Below are positions 29,067 to 32,000 of a DNA stretch of 32,000 nt, piece after piece. The stretch is taken from the NCBI RefSeq assembly GCF_900182735.1, contig NZ_FXTU01000004.1:193948-225947 (forward strand), written 5' to 3'. Both the position numbers and the translations under genes were made by a program. Positions within the stretch are counted from its first letter, which is position 1; the number at the start of each line of letters is the position of its first letter. The notes below the pieces were generated by a model that saw only the letters and a list, made by a program, of their open reading frames with translations, had not been told where the DNA came from and did not search any database. The stretch comes from Laceyella tengchongensis. GTDB taxonomy: Bacteria; Bacillota; Bacilli; Thermoactinomycetales; Thermoactinomycetaceae.

Positions 29067-29798
29067 CTAACCGAGCAACATCGTTTCAAGCTCCCGCTGC
29101 AATGCCAACCATTCCTTCGTGCCGCGCCGTTCATAACGTGCCTGTCCGCGTGCGAAAGGCACCGGCACTTCCCGTATAACCTTCATCGGCGACGCACTTA
29201 ACACCAAAATGCGGTCAGACAGCAGGATCGCTTCCTCAATGCTGTGCGTGATAAACAAAATGGTGCGCTTCTCATGCTCCAAGAGACGTAAGAGCCAAGT
29301 TTGCATGCGGGTTCGCGTGAGTGCGTCCAAGGAACCGAACGGTTCGTCTAGGCAAAGCAGGTCGCGGTTGCTTGCCAACGCCCGGATGAAAGCCACCCGC
29401 TGCTGCATGCCCCCGCTTAGCTCGTGCGGATAGCGGTCGGCTACCTCGGCTAATCCAGCCCCCCGCAACAAATGTGTGAGTTGCGTCGGGTCCTTGTGCC
29501 CGCTTAGTTCTTGGGCCAAGCGCACATTATCAAGAATCGTGCGCCACGGCATCAGCGAGGGCTGTTGTGGCATGTATGCCAAGTGGCCACGCTCGCCGTT
29601 GATCCGTTGGCCGTCCAGGAGAATTTCTCCCACTTGCGGGCAGTGCAGGCCTCCCAGCAAATAAAATAACGTACTTTTGCCACTCCCGGAAGGGCCGATC
29701 AATGAGACGAACTCCCCTTGACGCACAACAAAATGAAGGTCGTCGATCACAGGACGTTGTCCATAAGCGAAGGAAAGGCCAGTTACTTCCAGCTTCAT
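29067..29798 (-). CDS. ABC transporter ATP-binding protein (NitT/TauT family, ThiZ-like)
   Basis: True start is ATG 29798 (MKLEVTGLSF...), overlapping the permease stop (ATGA). Walker A GPSGSGKST, signature LSGGMQQR, Walker B LLCLDEPFGSLD. The 89 upstream codons of ORF 29067..30065 overlap the permease gene. Confidence 0.9.
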   Translation of the reverse strand: MKLEVTGLSFAYGQRPVIDDLHFVVRQGEFVSLIGPSGSGKSTLFYLLGGLHCPQVGEILLDGQRINGERGHLAYMPQQPSLMPWRTILDNVRLAQELSGHKDPTQLTHLLRGAGLAEVADRYPHELSGGMQQRVAFIRALASNRDLLCLDEPFGSLDALTRTRMQTWLLRLLEHEKRTILFITHSIEEAILLSDRILVLSASPMKVIREVPVPFARGQARYERRGTKEWLALQRELETMLLG

Positions 29799-30565
29799 CG
29801 GGGTGTCCCTCCCTTCACTTGCGGGCGCCATCGAACCACCAGCCGCTCGATGAGACAGATGGCGGCGTACAGAAGCAAGCTCACTCCGGCGATGAAAAAC
29901 ATCGCCAAAAAGACCCTGTCCGTGCGGAAAGATGCGGAGGCGAGTTGCATCATAACGCCGAGCCCTTCTTTGGCTCCCAGCCATTCGGCGATCACGGCGC
30001 CCATCACGCTGTAGGTGGCCGCCAGTTTTAGGCCGGAGAAAAAGGCAGGCAAGGCGGAAGGCCATTCCAGCTTGCTAAAGCGTTGCCAGCGTGTGGCTCC
30101 GGCCATTTCCATGTAGATGAGCAGGGTGCGGTCGGTCTGTCGGAACCCGTCCATCGTAGATACGGCGATCGGAAAGAAGCAAGCGATCGCTACCACCAAG
30201 ATTTTGGGCATGTCGCCAAAGCCAAGCCACATGATCAAGAGCGGCGCCAAGGCGATCATCGGCACGTTTTGCGACAATACCACCAGCGGTTGGAACATGG
30301 CGCGCAACAAAGGTGACAGATGAAAGAGCGTGGCGAGGAGCAGTCCAGCCACAAGACCAAAGCCCAGTCCGCTCAAGGCGATTCCCACTGTCGCCCCAAG
30401 GTGTTCCAGCGTCCGATCCACAGACGCCGTCCAAGCCTCATATACAGCGGAGGGCGCTGGCAACAGCCACGCTTCCACCTGTTTGGTGCGCACGGTTAGT
30501 TCCCATCCGGCTAACAACAACAAAATCATGCCGAATGGGGCCAACGCTTTACTGTTTTTCATCAT
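29795..30565 (-). CDS. ABC transporter permease (NitT/TauT family, ThiX-like)
   Basis: 256 aa with about 6 TM helices and an EAA-like loop (YMEMAGATRWQRFSKLEWPSALPAFFSGLKLA). Confidence 0.9.
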   Translation of the reverse strand: MMKNSKALAPFGMILLLLAGWELTVRTKQVEAWLLPAPSAVYEAWTASVDRTLEHLGATVGIALSGLGFGLVAGLLLATLFHLSPLLRAMFQPLVVLSQNVPMIALAPLLIMWLGFGDMPKILVVAIACFFPIAVSTMDGFRQTDRTLLIYMEMAGATRWQRFSKLEWPSALPAFFSGLKLAATYSVMGAVIAEWLGAKEGLGVMMQLASASFRTDRVFLAMFFIAGVSLLLYAAICLIERLVVRWRPQVKGGTPR

Positions 30566-30853
30566 ATTTGCCTGTCAACCCGCGGATCGATGCGCCGGCG
30601 GGATTAAAGTAGATTTTCACCTGATGCAACACGCTGGGACAGCCCATTTCGATCATGGCCTCATTCATGCGCTCGATAATCGCCAACAGCTCAGGCAATT
30701 CCCCTTCCATCGTCGTTTCCAGCGGGCCGACGCGGTAAGGCACCCTGCTTGCTGAATGATTTCGATCGCTCTGTCTACATAGGGGATGACGCTCTCCCCA
30801 TTTGGGGTATGCGGCAGAATCTGCACGCTCACTAGCGCTTGTGCCATTTTCAT
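30549..30853 (-). pseudogene. MTH1187/YkoF-family (thiamine/HMP-binding, former DUF77) gene interrupted by a 1-nt frameshift
   Basis: The N-terminal part (MKMAQALVSVQILPHTPNGESVIPYVDRAIEIIQQAG) is in the frame of ORF 30665..30853. The C-terminal part (PYRVGPLETTMEGELPELLAIIERMNEAMIEMGCPSVLHQVKIYFNPAGASIRGLTGKYDEKQ) is in the frame of ORF 30549..30878. The switch is at the CCC/GGG run 30743-30745. Confidence 0.75.
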
Positions 30854-31860
30854 TTACCCCCCTCAGGTAGAAAGGCATTGGTAAACGCTTGCTCAGGTTG
30901 AAACGTGCCTTCCAGCAAGCCGTGTTGTTTCATCCATTCGGCGTAACCAGCCCACACTTCTTTCTTTTGCACGCCCCAAGCGGGAGCATCTCCTTGGTAG
31001 CGCGGGCTTAACCAGGCTTGGCTCTTATGCACCAGTTTCGGGTCGAGGTCAGGTTCCGCCCGGCTCAGGATGTCGGCGGCTTCCTGCGGCTGTTTAATCG
31101 CAAATTGGTATCCTTGGCTGACTGCTTTCATGAATGCTTTCACGGTCGCGGGGTCCTGTTTGATCTTCTGCTCGTTGGTGATCAGGACAGGAGTGTAATA
31201 ATCTAGCTCTTTGGCATAATCAGTGAGATAGATCATGTTCAGTTTTTGGCCCTTCAACTCCGCTTCGATGCCAGTCCATCCATAATAAATCCACATGAAG
31301 TCCACATTTCGTTTTACCGCAGTGAAGAAGTCCGTGTTTCCAGTGTTGATGATATTCACTTTGTTCACATCGGCCTGTTCCCGTTGCATCAATGAAGCAA
31401 GCATCTGCTTTTCCACCGGCGAGCCAAATCCGCCGTAGGTCTTGCCTTCAAAACCCTTCGGTTTTTGGATGTTTTTGGAAACAGGGGACGCAAAACCAGA
31501 CGTATTGTGCTGGATCACTGCGGCGATTGAAACAATCGGTACCTTTTGCACGCGGGCTTGTGTGACGGCTTCTTGGTAGCTCACGCCGAAATCAGCTTTG
31601 CCGCCGGCCACCATTTGCTCCGCTCCGCTTTCACCTGGTTGGATGATGTCCACATCCAATCCGGCTTGTTTGAAATACCCTTTCTCTTTGGCCACATAAA
31701 GGCCGGTGTGGTTGGTGTTGGGAGTCCAATCAAGGACCAAGGTGATCTTCTTTCCTGTGTTTTGCCCATCTGTCGTCCCGGACGATGCAGGGTTGCCGCA
31801 AGCCACGGCGGACAGGCAGAGAGCAATGGTAAGTCCGATCTTCCACCATTGTTTCTTCAT
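30850..31860 (-). CDS. ABC transporter substrate-binding lipoprotein, NMT1/THI5-like (ThiY-like pyrimidine-precursor binding)
   Basis: ATG 31860 lies 9 nt after GGAG. Lipoprotein-type signal MKKQWWKIGLTIALCLSAVAC. Hallmark segment ITLVLDWTPNTNHTGLYVAKEKGYF. The stop overlaps the next start (ATGA at 30850-30853). Confidence 0.9.
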   Translation of the reverse strand: MKKQWWKIGLTIALCLSAVACGNPASSGTTDGQNTGKKITLVLDWTPNTNHTGLYVAKEKGYFKQAGLDVDIIQPGESGAEQMVAGGKADFGVSYQEAVTQARVQKVPIVSIAAVIQHNTSGFASPVSKNIQKPKGFEGKTYGGFGSPVEKQMLASLMQREQADVNKVNIINTGNTDFFTAVKRNVDFMWIYYGWTGIEAELKGQKLNMIYLTDYAKELDYYTPVLITNEQKIKQDPATVKAFMKAVSQGYQFAIKQPQEAADILSRAEPDLDPKLVHKSQAWLSPRYQGDAPAWGVQKKEVWAGYAEWMKQHGLLEGTFQPEQAFTNAFLPEGGK

Positions 31861-31950
31861 TAACAACCGCTCCTTTTCTTTTCACCAGGCTCCCTGATGT
31901 GCCCATGGAGGTGGTAATAGCGTTTTCATGCTTTGGCCAGCGCGCGCAAC

Positions 31951-31980
31951 AAAAAAAACGCCCCCTGACCGGGAGGCGTT
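31951..31980 (-). terminator. Intrinsic terminator or attenuator about 90 nt upstream of the ThiY-like start
   Basis: On the minus strand: aacgcctccc ggtca gggggcgtt followed by TTTTTTTT. No convincing promoter lies between it and the start codon. Confidence 0.7.
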
Positions 31981-32000
31981 GGTTTAGCCAGACAGATATG

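Noticed and set aside
29799-30065. N-terminal 89-codon extension of the ABC ATPase ORF (track start 30065)
   Set aside because: The extension overlaps the permease gene in another frame and is Arg-rich and non-protein-like. The ATPase family N-terminus (MKLEVTGLSF) begins at ATG 29798, which forms an ATGA overlap with the permease stop.
30549-30878. 109-codon ORF taken at face value as an intact gene
   Set aside because: Its first 42 or so codons overlap the ThiY-like 3' end and are not protein-like. Only the C-terminal 63 codons match the YkoF/MTH1187 family, and the true N-terminus is in the other frame. It is therefore called a frameshifted pseudogene.

Overview
Core chromosomal segment of a roughly 50% GC Firmicute. 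The gene content and local order recall the Bacillus subtilis yer region, but the organism cannot be named from sequence alone. I support 29 intact protein genes (one cut by the left window edge) and one frameshifted gene. Left to right they are: a 5'-truncated amino-acid ABC permease; an orphan coiled-coil protein; tatA; the convergent cstA-ybdD pair with a divergent LysR regulator; gatCAB; a small membrane protein, a CbiX/SirB-type chelatase and a HupE/UreJ-type permease; gnd; an NCS2 purine permease; dagK; rlmCD; a nitroreductase; a signal-less Amidase_3; ppiB and a UDP-glucose dehydrogenase on the minus strand; yerC-pcrB-pcrA-ligA; an uncharacterised membrane protein and a repeat-containing transglutaminase-like protein; and a minus-strand ThiY/X/Z-like ABC operon. 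Many intergenic gaps carry hairpin terminators, several of them bidirectional. I saw no rRNA, tRNA, CRISPR array, transposase, integrase or phage genes. I do not see a convincing new multi-gene system. The items most worth a second look are: (1) a frameshifted MTH1187/YkoF-type gene at a G-run inside the ThiY-like operon; (2) a promoter-to-terminator unit of about 200 nt with no credible ORF upstream of gatC; (3) a 0.85 kb gene-poor stretch between ugd and yerC with coding-like fragments and a GC-rich stem; (4) the uncharacterised two-gene cassette after ligA; and (5) two sequence-visible operator candidates, a PurBox pair and a perfect 17-bp palindrome over a -10 box. All family assignments come from motif recognition by eye, with no database search run.
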